A stretch of 20,000 nt of DNA, from the IMG/VR virus record IMGVR_UViG_3300020203_000420. One strand, written 5' to 3'. A program made the translations under genes and the position numbers. This stretch comes from an uncultured virus (IMG/VR IMGVR_UViG_3300020203_000420). Lineage: Duplodnaviria; Heunggongvirae; Uroviricota; Caudoviricetes. The notes beneath the pieces were generated by a model. The model was not told where the DNA came from, did no database searches, and was given only the letters and a program-made list of their open reading frames with translations. Positions 9,285 through 16,892 of the stretch are shown here, in pieces (position 1 is the first letter of the stretch; each line of letters starts with the position of its first letter).

Positions 9285-9562
9285 AAGAGATAAAGGATAG
9301 AGACGACTTAGACTTAGACTTTGTAGATAGAATTACAAACAAGGACATACTACCGGAGAAGAGATTGATTAGGGCTGTAATGGCAAAGGCCCTAGATGAC
9401 ATTAACGACTCTGACCAGAACGTTAGGACAGAATCTAGAGATTGGGTTATGGAACCTTACGATATCGAAAAGGAAGAAGTTTATAGCTTACAATATATCT
9501 GTAACTTTTTAGAACTAACCCATTCAATCGTTCAACTTTATGCAGAAAAACGATTTAAATAG
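9281..9562 (+). CDS. conserved hypothetical helical protein
   Basis: PEKRLIRAV...ALDD...ESRDW...YSLQYICNFLEL, a pattern familiar from small phage/bacterial proteins; GGAG upstream. Confidence 0.7.
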   Translation: MKEIKDRDDLDLDFVDRITNKDILPEKRLIRAVMAKALDDINDSDQNVRTESRDWVMEPYDIEKEEVYSLQYICNFLELTHSIVQLYAEKRFK

Positions 9563-10297
9563 TTACTTATTGTAAATACTAATGGCCTTTTTATAAGCCT
9601 CTGTAAATTTATCTAGATGGATAGTACCACCGTTTACTATTTTTCTTAACTTAGAGTAATTAGAAGTAGTTATGGCCGTTCTTATAGAGGCTTCTCTATC
9701 TTCAAAGTATTGAGCTAGTACTGCTGCACTAATTTGAGGGATTAAAGCATAGTCTGGGTTTTTAATCATCTCTCCGTCTAGCTTGAGCTTTTTATCCATT
9801 ACAGTATAGTTAGCTCTTCCAGTCAATTGAATCATCCCACGTCCTTTAAATGAAGCTCCGTCTCCCGCCTGAGTATTGCCTAGATCCTTTCTTCCATCAT
9901 ACTTACTGAAATCAAAAGGCTTGACTCCGCTTTTAGTAGACCACTTAGATGCTGTTTCTTGAACAGGCTTAAATACGTCACACTCTACTACTACAGTAGC
10001 GAGGACATAACAAATCATGTCTTTATCGCAGATAGACTTCTTCTCTAAGGCATCTAAAATTAGGGGTAAATGTTCTTCAATATTGGACAGCTGGGTAAAA
10101 GGAAATAGGTGCTTTCTCACGGAGGCGGCGCTAAAAAGAACGTTCATCTCGTCTAAGTTAGAGAGCTGGACTGACTCACCCTGCTTAACCTCATTAGTAA
10201 ATTCATAGGCTAACTCCTTAGAATCAGACTTGTTTTCTATCTTCTTGCTTATAGCAGCAGTTACTAATTGACCTAAAATTGAAAAGATACCATTCAT
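9563..10297 (-). CDS. glycoside hydrolase family 19 (chitinase/lysozyme-like, putative endolysin)
   Basis: LATVVVEC...PVQE (two candidate catalytic Glu), YDGRKDLGN...GDG..FKGRGMIQLTGRANY, NPD, VNGG. Confidence 0.9.
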   Translation of the reverse strand: MNGIFSILGQLVTAAISKKIENKSDSKELAYEFTNEVKQGESVQLSNLDEMNVLFSAASVRKHLFPFTQLSNIEEHLPLILDALEKKSICDKDMICYVLATVVVECDVFKPVQETASKWSTKSGVKPFDFSKYDGRKDLGNTQAGDGASFKGRGMIQLTGRANYTVMDKKLKLDGEMIKNPDYALIPQISAAVLAQYFEDREASIRTAITTSNYSKLRKIVNGGTIHLDKFTEAYKKAISIYNK

Positions 10298-10302
10298 TTA
10301 CT

Positions 10303-10331
10303 TTGCACCTAACCTATGATATTATTATACT
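10303..10331 (+). promoter_or_regulatory. sigma70-like promoter (rightward), overlapping a leftward -10 for the GH19 gene
   Basis: TTGCAC (10303-10308)-N17-TATACT (10326-10331); on the - strand TATAAT occupies 10324-10329. Confidence 0.5.
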
Positions 10332-10428
10332 AGTAGATCTATAGTATTGTAATCATTAAGATTTTATCAGTAAAAGTGAATAAAGTTTTAGCTAAAAAGC
10401 CCCTGAAGTAGTACTTTTAGTCTGACTA

Positions 10429-10461
10429 AAGGGGAAGTAAAGACTATGGTTACTTCCCCTT
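10429..10461. repeat. perfect 12-bp inverted repeat (hairpin, terminator or operator candidate)
   Basis: AAGGGGAAGTAA-agactatgg-TTACTTCCCCTT. Confidence 0.85.
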
Positions 10462-10488
10462 GTCATTATTGCGGGACAGGTATAAACT
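10460..10488 (+). promoter_or_regulatory. sigma70-like promoter upstream of lat
   Basis: TTGTCA (10460-10465)-N17-TAAACT (10483-10488). Confidence 0.5.
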
Positions 10489-10561
10489 ATAGAAGGGTGG
10501 TATAGAGACTTCTTGAATAAAATAAAAAATATATTTTTAATAGATTGAATGAGATTATATT

Positions 10562-11848
10562 ATGACACTTAAAGACCAGGTTGAAGACCTAGGAATAATA
10601 CAATTAGACCACTTAGAGGCAGAGGTCAACCTTGAAAAAAGTCAGGGGCAGTACATCTTTGATGATAAGACTAACAGTTACTTCTTAGACTGCTTTAGTT
10701 ATATAGCGAGTAATCCAATTGGACATAACCACCCAAAAATGGACAATCCTGAGTTTGAAAAAACATTACTTAGGGTAGCTAAAACTAATCCATCTAACTC
10801 TGACTTACTAACCTCGGAATACGTAAGCTTTTTAAAAACCTTTAAAGAGATAGCAATGCCGAAGGAGTTTAAAAAGGCATTCTTCATTGCAGGGGGGACA
10901 TTGGCTGTTGAGAATGCCCTTAAAACCGCCTTTGATTGGAAAATAAGAAAGTTACACTCAAGGGATGTTCTTAGCATCCCAGCTGAGGGGCTTCAGGTTT
11001 TACATTTAAAAGGGGCTTTTTCAGGAAGAAGCGGGTATTCTTTATCACTTACTAATACTTCACCGGAGAAGTATAAGTATTTCCCTAAGTTTCATTGGCC
11101 TAAATTTGAGCCTCCTTTGATGTCTGATCGTAATATCGATGTATCAAGAAAGATACAAGATATCGAATCCTATGTGGTATCTAATAAAGATAGAATTGCA
11201 GCAATCATTATAGAGCCTATTATTGGGGAAGGTGGAGACCAGCATTTCCCTCCTAGTTTCCATTTTGCACTGAGAAGGCTAGCAGATGATAATGAATGTT
11301 TATTAATCTATGATGAGGTTCAAACCGGAGTAGGACTTACGGGATCTCTGTGGGCATATCAAAATTTTAAAATAGTACCTGATATTCTCGCTTTTGGTAA
11401 AAAAATGCAAGTATGTGGAATTATGGTAGGAGATAGAGTTCTGTCTCAATCAGGTAATGTTTTTGAAGAAAAGTCTAGAATTAACTCAACCTTCGGGGGA
11501 AATCTAGTAGACATGGTTAGATCTCAAAGATATCTACAAATTATTAAAGAAGAGGGCTATGTTAATAACGCTAAGGTAGTAGGTCAGTACTTTTTAAAAG
11601 AACTATTAAAGGTAGAAAAGAAAAATAAAAAATTAATCTCTAATACTAGAGGTTTGGGTTTAATGATAGCTTTTGATTTACCTTGCACTGGGGCTAAAGA
11701 CTTAATACTAAAGAAGTTATTTGAGAATAAAGTAATAGCCTTAGGGTGTGGTACTAAGTCAGTAAGAGTTAGACCATCATTGAACTTCTCAAAAGAAGAT
11801 GTTAATGTATTTATTGAACGGTTAAATAAGTCTATAAAAGAACTTTAA
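10562..11848 (+). CDS. lat: L-lysine 6-aminotransferase (class III PLP aminotransferase)
   Basis: PSNSD, GTLAVENALKTAFDWK, GRSGYSLSLTNT, FPKFHWP, EPIIGEGGD, YDEVQTG, FGKKMQVCG (PLP Lys), SRINSTFGGNLVDMVR: LAT-specific signatures. Confidence 0.9.
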   Translation: MTLKDQVEDLGIIQLDHLEAEVNLEKSQGQYIFDDKTNSYFLDCFSYIASNPIGHNHPKMDNPEFEKTLLRVAKTNPSNSDLLTSEYVSFLKTFKEIAMPKEFKKAFFIAGGTLAVENALKTAFDWKIRKLHSRDVLSIPAEGLQVLHLKGAFSGRSGYSLSLTNTSPEKYKYFPKFHWPKFEPPLMSDRNIDVSRKIQDIESYVVSNKDRIAAIIIEPIIGEGGDQHFPPSFHFALRRLADDNECLLIYDEVQTGVGLTGSLWAYQNFKIVPDILAFGKKMQVCGIMVGDRVLSQSGNVFEEKSRINSTFGGNLVDMVRSQRYLQIIKEEGYVNNAKVVGQYFLKELLKVEKKNKKLISNTRGLGLMIAFDLPCTGAKDLILKKLFENKVIALGCGTKSVRVRPSLNFSKEDVNVFIERLNKSIKEL

Positions 11849-11851
11849 AAT

Positions 11852-12835
11852 ATGAATAAGAAGAAAGCACTGATTAGTGGAATTTCCGGTCAAGACGGGA
11901 GTTATCTTGCGGAGATACTATTAGAAAAAGATTATGAGGTTTATGGGATGGTAAGACATTCTGCTAGCCCTAATTACTGGAGAATTGATCACCTATTCGG
12001 TAAAGTTAAACTAGTTGATGGAGACCTATCGGATCACAGTTCTTTAGAGTCTTTAGTTCAAGATATCCAACCGGATGAGATATACCACTTAGCTGCCCAA
12101 AGTTTTGTTGGTTTGTCTTGGAAGCAAGCTTTAATGACTACTGATATTACCGGAGTAAGCGTATTAAGATTTCTAGAAGCTGTTAGAAAGTTTGGGAAGC
12201 CTGGAACTAAATTTTATCAAGCTAGTAGCAGCGAAATGTTTGGGAAAGTCAGAGAGACCCCTCAAAACGAGAGAACACCCTTCTGGCCTAGGTCACCCTA
12301 TGCGTCAGCAAAAGCCTTTGCCCATAACACTACCGTAAATTACAGAGAAAGTTACGGCATGTTCAACGTCTCTGGAATCCTATTTAATCACGAATCAGAG
12401 AGAAGAGGAATAGAATTTGTAACTAGAAAAATTACAGATGGCGTAGCCAGAATTAAACTAGGACTTCAAGAGGAACTCAGACTTGGAAACTTGGATAGTA
12501 GGCGTGACTGGGGCCACTCTAGGGATTACATGGAGGCTGCTTGGCTAATGATGCAACAGACCGTGGCAGATGATTTTGTAGTAGCTACAGGAGAAACCCA
12601 CTCAGTAGAGGAATTCGTAACCCTAGCTTTTGAGAGAGTAGGATTAGACTGGAAGAATTACGTGGTAATCGATCCCGAGTTTGTCAGACCCGCAGAAGTA
12701 GATTTATTGTTAGGGGATGCAAGTAAAGCTAAAGCTGTTTTAGGCTGGGCCCCAAAGACTACCTTTAAACAGTTAGTGGAGGAGATGGTAGATGCAGACC
12801 TTAAAAGAGTAGAAAAGGAAATTAGAAACAAGTGA
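11852..12835 (+). CDS. gmd: GDP-mannose 4,6-dehydratase
   Basis: ALISGISGQDGSYLAE, LAAQSFV, YQASSSEMFG, PRSPYASAK (YxxxK), GILFNHES, FVTRKI, LGNLDSRRDWG, RPAEVDLLLGD. Confidence 0.96.
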   Translation: MNKKKALISGISGQDGSYLAEILLEKDYEVYGMVRHSASPNYWRIDHLFGKVKLVDGDLSDHSSLESLVQDIQPDEIYHLAAQSFVGLSWKQALMTTDITGVSVLRFLEAVRKFGKPGTKFYQASSSEMFGKVRETPQNERTPFWPRSPYASAKAFAHNTTVNYRESYGMFNVSGILFNHESERRGIEFVTRKITDGVARIKLGLQEELRLGNLDSRRDWGHSRDYMEAAWLMMQQTVADDFVVATGETHSVEEFVTLAFERVGLDWKNYVVIDPEFVRPAEVDLLLGDASKAKAVLGWAPKTTFKQLVEEMVDADLKRVEKEIRNK

Positions 12836-13743
12836 TCAATAGCAAATCCCTAACTTGGCTTCCCTTATCTAAATGTTTAATTGAACTCGATAAGGAAACC
12901 TCTAAGTCCTTTAGTTGGCAGCCTACTGACACCGAACAGCTACTTTTGTTTCGTAATTTTTACAGAGATTACAAAAACAACATACTGTTGTTTACTGAAG
13001 AAGAATTGATGGGGGTAGCCTCGGAAGATAGAGAAGTTGTAAACAGGTTTGCGAAAGATCGTGGATTTGATATTCAACTAGAAAAGACTAGGCATGATAC
13101 TACTCCACTTGTCTTGCATGTGTTCCTTGCAGGGCTCCTAAAAATTGTAAATAAGTGGTTAGTCAATCCTGTAACTATTTACACACATAATGAGGGATTA
13201 CTATACGAAAGCTTGTCGTTTGGAGGAGGCTTCAGTTGTTTCAAAACGGATTCTCACTCAGAACCCATAATAGAATTGAAAACAAAGTCTTCTGATTTGA
13301 TTTACCTGACTCAGTATGAAGGAGCATTAGAGAGTTTAGAGTTATATTATAACGTGGAGTCTTTAAGAAGTTCATCCCGTGAATTAGTTTTTTATGATGG
13401 AGTTCATATTCCCAAAGTCACTTATAATCAAAAAGAAAATGTACAATGGATTTTAGGATTGATGGGGATTGATAAAGACTTGATTGCCGTGATAGAGCAA
13501 GCGTTACAGCAAACAAAGTTTTCAATCGATGCAGAAGGGGCCGTTGTAGAGTCTTTATCCTTAATAGACGTTTCTATTAGTGGCTGCGGACTTTCTATGA
13601 AAGAGCACAAAGAGACAAAAATACTAATAATAGATAAACCATTCTTACTTTGGATTGAAAGAGCCGGAAGTAGTTTGCCCATCTTTTATGGTAAGTTTGA
13701 AAAAGATACATGGTTGAAGAAAAACGTAGAAAAAAGAAATTAG
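12832..13743 (+). CDS. divergent serpin-fold protein
   Basis: The C-terminal half follows serpin order: IPKV (~LPKF), QALQQTKFSIDAEGA (~HKAFIEVNEEGT), a loop, then IIDKPFLLWIER..SSLPIFYG (~F.ADRPFLF.I....ILF.G). GTG start overlaps the gmd end. Confidence 0.65.
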   Translation: MINSKSLTWLPLSKCLIELDKETSKSFSWQPTDTEQLLLFRNFYRDYKNNILLFTEEELMGVASEDREVVNRFAKDRGFDIQLEKTRHDTTPLVLHVFLAGLLKIVNKWLVNPVTIYTHNEGLLYESLSFGGGFSCFKTDSHSEPIIELKTKSSDLIYLTQYEGALESLELYYNVESLRSSSRELVFYDGVHIPKVTYNQKENVQWILGLMGIDKDLIAVIEQALQQTKFSIDAEGAVVESLSLIDVSISGCGLSMKEHKETKILIIDKPFLLWIERAGSSLPIFYGKFEKDTWLKKNVEKRN

Positions 13744-13863
13744 AAATAAGTAATATATGTTTGAAGTAACTATACTTCTAATAGTCTTACTAGTTTATAG
13801 AAAGTTTAGGTCTAAAGATCCCGTAACTGACTTTGAATTTTACTTTTTTTTAATGGCCATCTC

Positions 13864-13872
13864 TGTTATACT
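13864..13872 (+). promoter_or_regulatory. extended -10 promoter candidate for the RNA ligase gene
   Basis: TGtTATACT in the 163-nt intergenic gap. Confidence 0.35.
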
Positions 13873-13906
13873 CGCGGAAATATTACTTACTTACAATATA
13901 TAATTT

Positions 13907-15169
13907 ATGTCAACATTCTCAGTACCAGTAGTCAAGTATACCTTAGAAAAACATCCAGGGGCAGACAACCTACAAATAGCAAATATTAAAGGTTGGCAGG
14001 CAATAGTCAGAACTGAAGACTTTGAAACTACAGATCCTATGTATAAGGATTTAAATCTAGGAGTATACGTCCCCTTAGATGCAATAACAGATAAAGATCA
14101 TCCTTTACTTTCTTTTTTAGAAGGCAAAAAAGTCAAAGCTAGACGGCTTAGGGGAATATTCTCTCAAGGAGTTTTACTTCCACTAGAGAAAGTAGTTTCT
14201 ACTTATAGATCAGATCTTAAAAAATTTCCAGAAGAGGGTGATAATTTATCTACTATACTAGGAATTAAAAAATGGGAACCTGAACTAGTATCAACTAGTC
14301 TAAGTGTAAAGGGACCTATTGGATATAACTATATTGATAGACCAAGCTGGTTAAGTAAGTATACCGATATAGAAAACTATAATAACTACCCTAATATAAT
14401 TCAGCCTGGAGAAAGTGTTCAAGCAACTTTGAAACTTCACGGAAGCTCAGCCGTTTTTGGAAGAATACAAGGCACATATTATATCTGTTCTATGGGTAAA
14501 TGTCTAAGAAACAAAGAAGTTACTATCAGAGTCCCTAGGTTTAAATTTAGATCTTTAAATAACTTACTAGAGAGATTCAACTTAGACCAGCTAAAAGTAT
14601 TTTCTAAGCCAAAAGTTCTACCAGTACCTGACAGTACCTGGCATAAAGTGTTTACTCAATTTGAACTGGAGGATAAGTTAAATTACTTGCTAGACTTAGT
14701 AGAGTGTGGGGAGGAGGATGACGATCTTTTACCTAACGGGTCAATCTACGGGGAAATTGTAGGTGACGATCTTTTACCTAACGTGGCAATCTACGGGGAA
14801 ATTGTAGGTGTACAGGACGGTGGATGGTACGGGTTAAAGCCAGGAGAGTTGGACTTTTATGTGTATGATATTAGAGTTCAAGGTAGTAAGAATAAGAGAG
14901 GCACAAATCCTACGGATTACGTAGACCCTAAAACACTGACTGCTCTATGTGAAGACCTTAAGCTGAAACAAGTACCTATTCTTTTTGAAGGACCGTTTAC
15001 TCCTGAGGTTTTAGACTTACAAGAAGGACCAGATCCTATTGGAAAGAATCATGTAAGAGAGGGGATTATTATTAAACCTTTAATACCTAGATGTGAATAT
15101 ACAGGTAGAGTTGTTTTAAAAAAGATAGGACAAGGATATCTCCTCAGGAAGAATGCAACCGACGATTAA
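13907..15169 (+). CDS. RNA ligase, DRB0094/Rnl5 family
   Basis: N-terminal OB module (HPGADNL..A.I.GWQ.IV, RLRGIFSQG), KYTDIEN, motif I KLHGS, motif III IYGEIVG (duplicated), IIIa FYVYDI, VPILFEGPF, IV REGIIIK, V LKKI..GYL. Confidence 0.9.
   Translation: MSTFSVPVVKYTLEKHPGADNLQIANIKGWQAIVRTEDFETTDPMYKDLNLGVYVPLDAITDKDHPLLSFLEGKKVKARRLRGIFSQGVLLPLEKVVSTYRSDLKKFPEEGDNLSTILGIKKWEPELVSTSLSVKGPIGYNYIDRPSWLSKYTDIENYNNYPNIIQPGESVQATLKLHGSSAVFGRIQGTYYICSMGKCLRNKEVTIRVPRFKFRSLNNLLERFNLDQLKVFSKPKVLPVPDSTWHKVFTQFELEDKLNYLLDLVECGEEDDDLLPNGSIYGEIVGDDLLPNVAIYGEIVGVQDGGWYGLKPGELDFYVYDIRVQGSKNKRGTNPTDYVDPKTLTALCEDLKLKQVPILFEGPFTPEVLDLQEGPDPIGKNHVREGIIIKPLIPRCEYTGRVVLKKIGQGYLLRKNATDD
14720..14809 (+). repeat. 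45-bp tandem direct repeat (2 copies, 43/45 identical), in frame
   Basis: GACGATCTTTTACCTAACG(GGT/TGG)CAATCTACGGGGAAATTGTAGGT at 14720-14764 and 14765-14809. Confidence 0.97.
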
Positions 15170-15236
15170 TTAACTGATGAGGCGAAAAAGATCTAAAGTT
15201 TGATTTACATCTAGCCGATAGTATAAGTATAAGTAT

Positions 15237-16376
15237 ATGGATAACCTCACGACTTCTCAGTTAATAAGTCAATTTATGATACCTCTTACCGGCTTGGCGG
15301 CTGGTGGTGGGTTACTTTATTTTGTTAAAACGCAACTTATTAACCTTCAGCATACAATTTATGCTGCTATTAGTGATACATATACTTCCGATACTGAGCG
15401 GGAGCAGTTTGGATACACAATGTTGTGTACATTTATTACAAAGTATAGTCAGCCTTACTTAGATACAATATATAAGCCATCTAAAGTCCTAAGCGATGTA
15501 TCTGGTAAAGTCAGTGACGAAGGCTCTATACCCTACGGGTTATTTTTCAGAAAGTTTAATGGGGCTATTTTAAAAGTTTGCCACATCTCCGATAAAAAAG
15601 AGGGAAGAGCTAATGTGAATCGGTTAACTATTACAATATTTAACCCAAAAAAGCATAGAAAGGGTGTTCTTGATGTTCTCAATGTAATTTATGAAAACTC
15701 TAAATCAAAATTTTTAGCGGTTCAAGGGTCGAATGGGTTGTGGTTTAAGGTTTCCAAGTATCACAACCTTACAGTACACTCTGAGCTGATACTAGAGTTG
15801 CAAAGAGATATAGATAAGTTTCTCGGGGAAGAAAGTTATTATCTAGCAAATAATAAAAACTGGACAAGAACCTATTTATTACATGGACCCCCTGGGACAG
15901 GTAAGAGTTCTATAATCCGAACAGTCTTTGGTAAGTATGATAAGCTGGTATTCATGCCCAATTTCTCCTCTCTGACTGCCGAACCCCTTCATCAGGACAG
16001 TTTCATACTATTAGAGGATTTTGACAGAGAATCAAAAAAGAAGGAATATAAAACAGGCATATCCACCCTTCTTAATTACTTCGATGGAATCTGTTCTCCC
16101 CACGGCTCTATTATTTTTATTACAGCAAACGACATAAGCAGTTTAGATCCAGCACTACTTAGACCAGGAAGAGTAGATAAAATTATAGAAGTTGGGTACT
16201 TAACTAATGAAGATAAAAGAAAATATTTAATGAACAAATACCCAGATATAGATACTAGTGTTTTCTATAATAAAATTAAGGATAAAAATTTAACAATTGC
16301 AGAACTAGATTATACTTTTTGTAGTTTTCAATCTAGTTTTAATACTGACAATAACTCACTAGAACTAACCCAATAA
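15237..16376 (+). CDS. BCS1-like AAA ATPase with N-terminal membrane anchor
   Basis: Hydrophobic N-terminus (IPLTGLAAGGGLLYFV), DIDKFL..ESYY....WTRTYLLHGPPGTGKSS, LLEDFD, LLNYFDG, TAN...LDPALLRPGRVD. Confidence 0.85.
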   Translation: MDNLTTSQLISQFMIPLTGLAAGGGLLYFVKTQLINLQHTIYAAISDTYTSDTEREQFGYTMLCTFITKYSQPYLDTIYKPSKVLSDVSGKVSDEGSIPYGLFFRKFNGAILKVCHISDKKEGRANVNRLTITIFNPKKHRKGVLDVLNVIYENSKSKFLAVQGSNGLWFKVSKYHNLTVHSELILELQRDIDKFLGEESYYLANNKNWTRTYLLHGPPGTGKSSIIRTVFGKYDKLVFMPNFSSLTAEPLHQDSFILLEDFDRESKKKEYKTGISTLLNYFDGICSPHGSIIFITANDISSLDPALLRPGRVDKIIEVGYLTNEDKRKYLMNKYPDIDTSVFYNKIKDKNLTIAELDYTFCSFQSSFNTDNNSLELTQ

Positions 16377-16407
16377 TATAAGCTTAAATTAATGCAATAT
16401 AAAAATT

Positions 16408-16680
16408 ATGTTAAGGAATGAGTCTTCAATGACATTCTTTAAAGGATTGATACTAGGTATCTTTTTAACTGTGCTTACCGTAAGTTCTTACATTTCAAAA
16501 GATAAATCTCTAAACCTTTACGGTGCAGAAGATGACATTCCTACTCAAGCTGAGATAGATATCTCTAGACTCGAAGACTGTTTAGCTAAAGATTTTCCAG
16601 ATGTAGGTATTAATAAATGTAATTTCTTAATGGTTAGGAAATTATATGTACAATCTTTAAACTACAAAGGTAAAAAATGA
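16408..16680 (+). CDS. small membrane-anchored/exported protein
   Basis: N-terminal hydrophobic helix (GLILGIFLTVLTVSSYI); two Cys. Confidence 0.6.
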   Translation: MLRNESSMTFFKGLILGIFLTVLTVSSYISKDKSLNLYGAEDDIPTQAEIDISRLEDCLAKDFPDVGINKCNFLMVRKLYVQSLNYKGKK

Positions 16681-16892
16681 ACTTAAAAGCTTTTGAATTT
16701 GATGTGTTTAGGCTTGAGGGAGAATATGCCCTTTATATTAAATTCTTTTTTCTAGTATTTAATCTGGAATGGAGGAAGGATAAAGACTACAGCCTTGGAT
16801 ATCAAAGGCGTTGGTTATTTTTATTTAGATTCTATAGAATTAATTTTTTAACTGGATTTGACAGACTAGCATTCAGTCTTTGGAGATTTTAA
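16677..16892 (+). CDS. small Phe-rich hypothetical protein (paralog A)
   Basis: Overlaps both neighbours by start/stop coupling; similar to the next ORF. Confidence 0.6.
   Translation: MNLKAFEFDVFRLEGEYALYIKFFFLVFNLEWRKDKDYSLGYQRRWLFLFRFYRINFLTGFDRLAFSLWRF

Noticed and set aside
10340..10560. Lysine riboswitch upstream of lat
   Set aside because: No AGAGGNGC-type opening motif or multi-stem architecture recognisable; kept only as an unclassified structured leader.
13744..13906. tRNA or other structured RNA in the intergenic gap
   Set aside because: No T-arm/D-arm consensus or cloverleaf; AT-rich, promoter-like sequence with only trivial TTAC repeats.
14720..14809. CRISPR array or DGR template/variable repeat pair
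   Set aside because: The two copies are directly adjacent with no spacer; the mismatches are G/T rather than at adenines; no cas or reverse transcriptase gene is in the window.
15174..15225. CTGATGA-GGC...GCC-GATA resembling a hammerhead ribozyme core in the intergenic gap after the RNA ligase
   Set aside because: The second core reads GATA rather than GAAA; the nearer GAAA leaves no room for stem II; I could not build stems I and III with a valid UH cleavage site.
15200..15236. Promoter and GTATAA tandem repeat before the BCS1-like gene
   Set aside because: TTGATT/TTTACA and TATAAG are present, but at 16- or 18-nt spacing in AT-rich DNA; too ambiguous to annotate.
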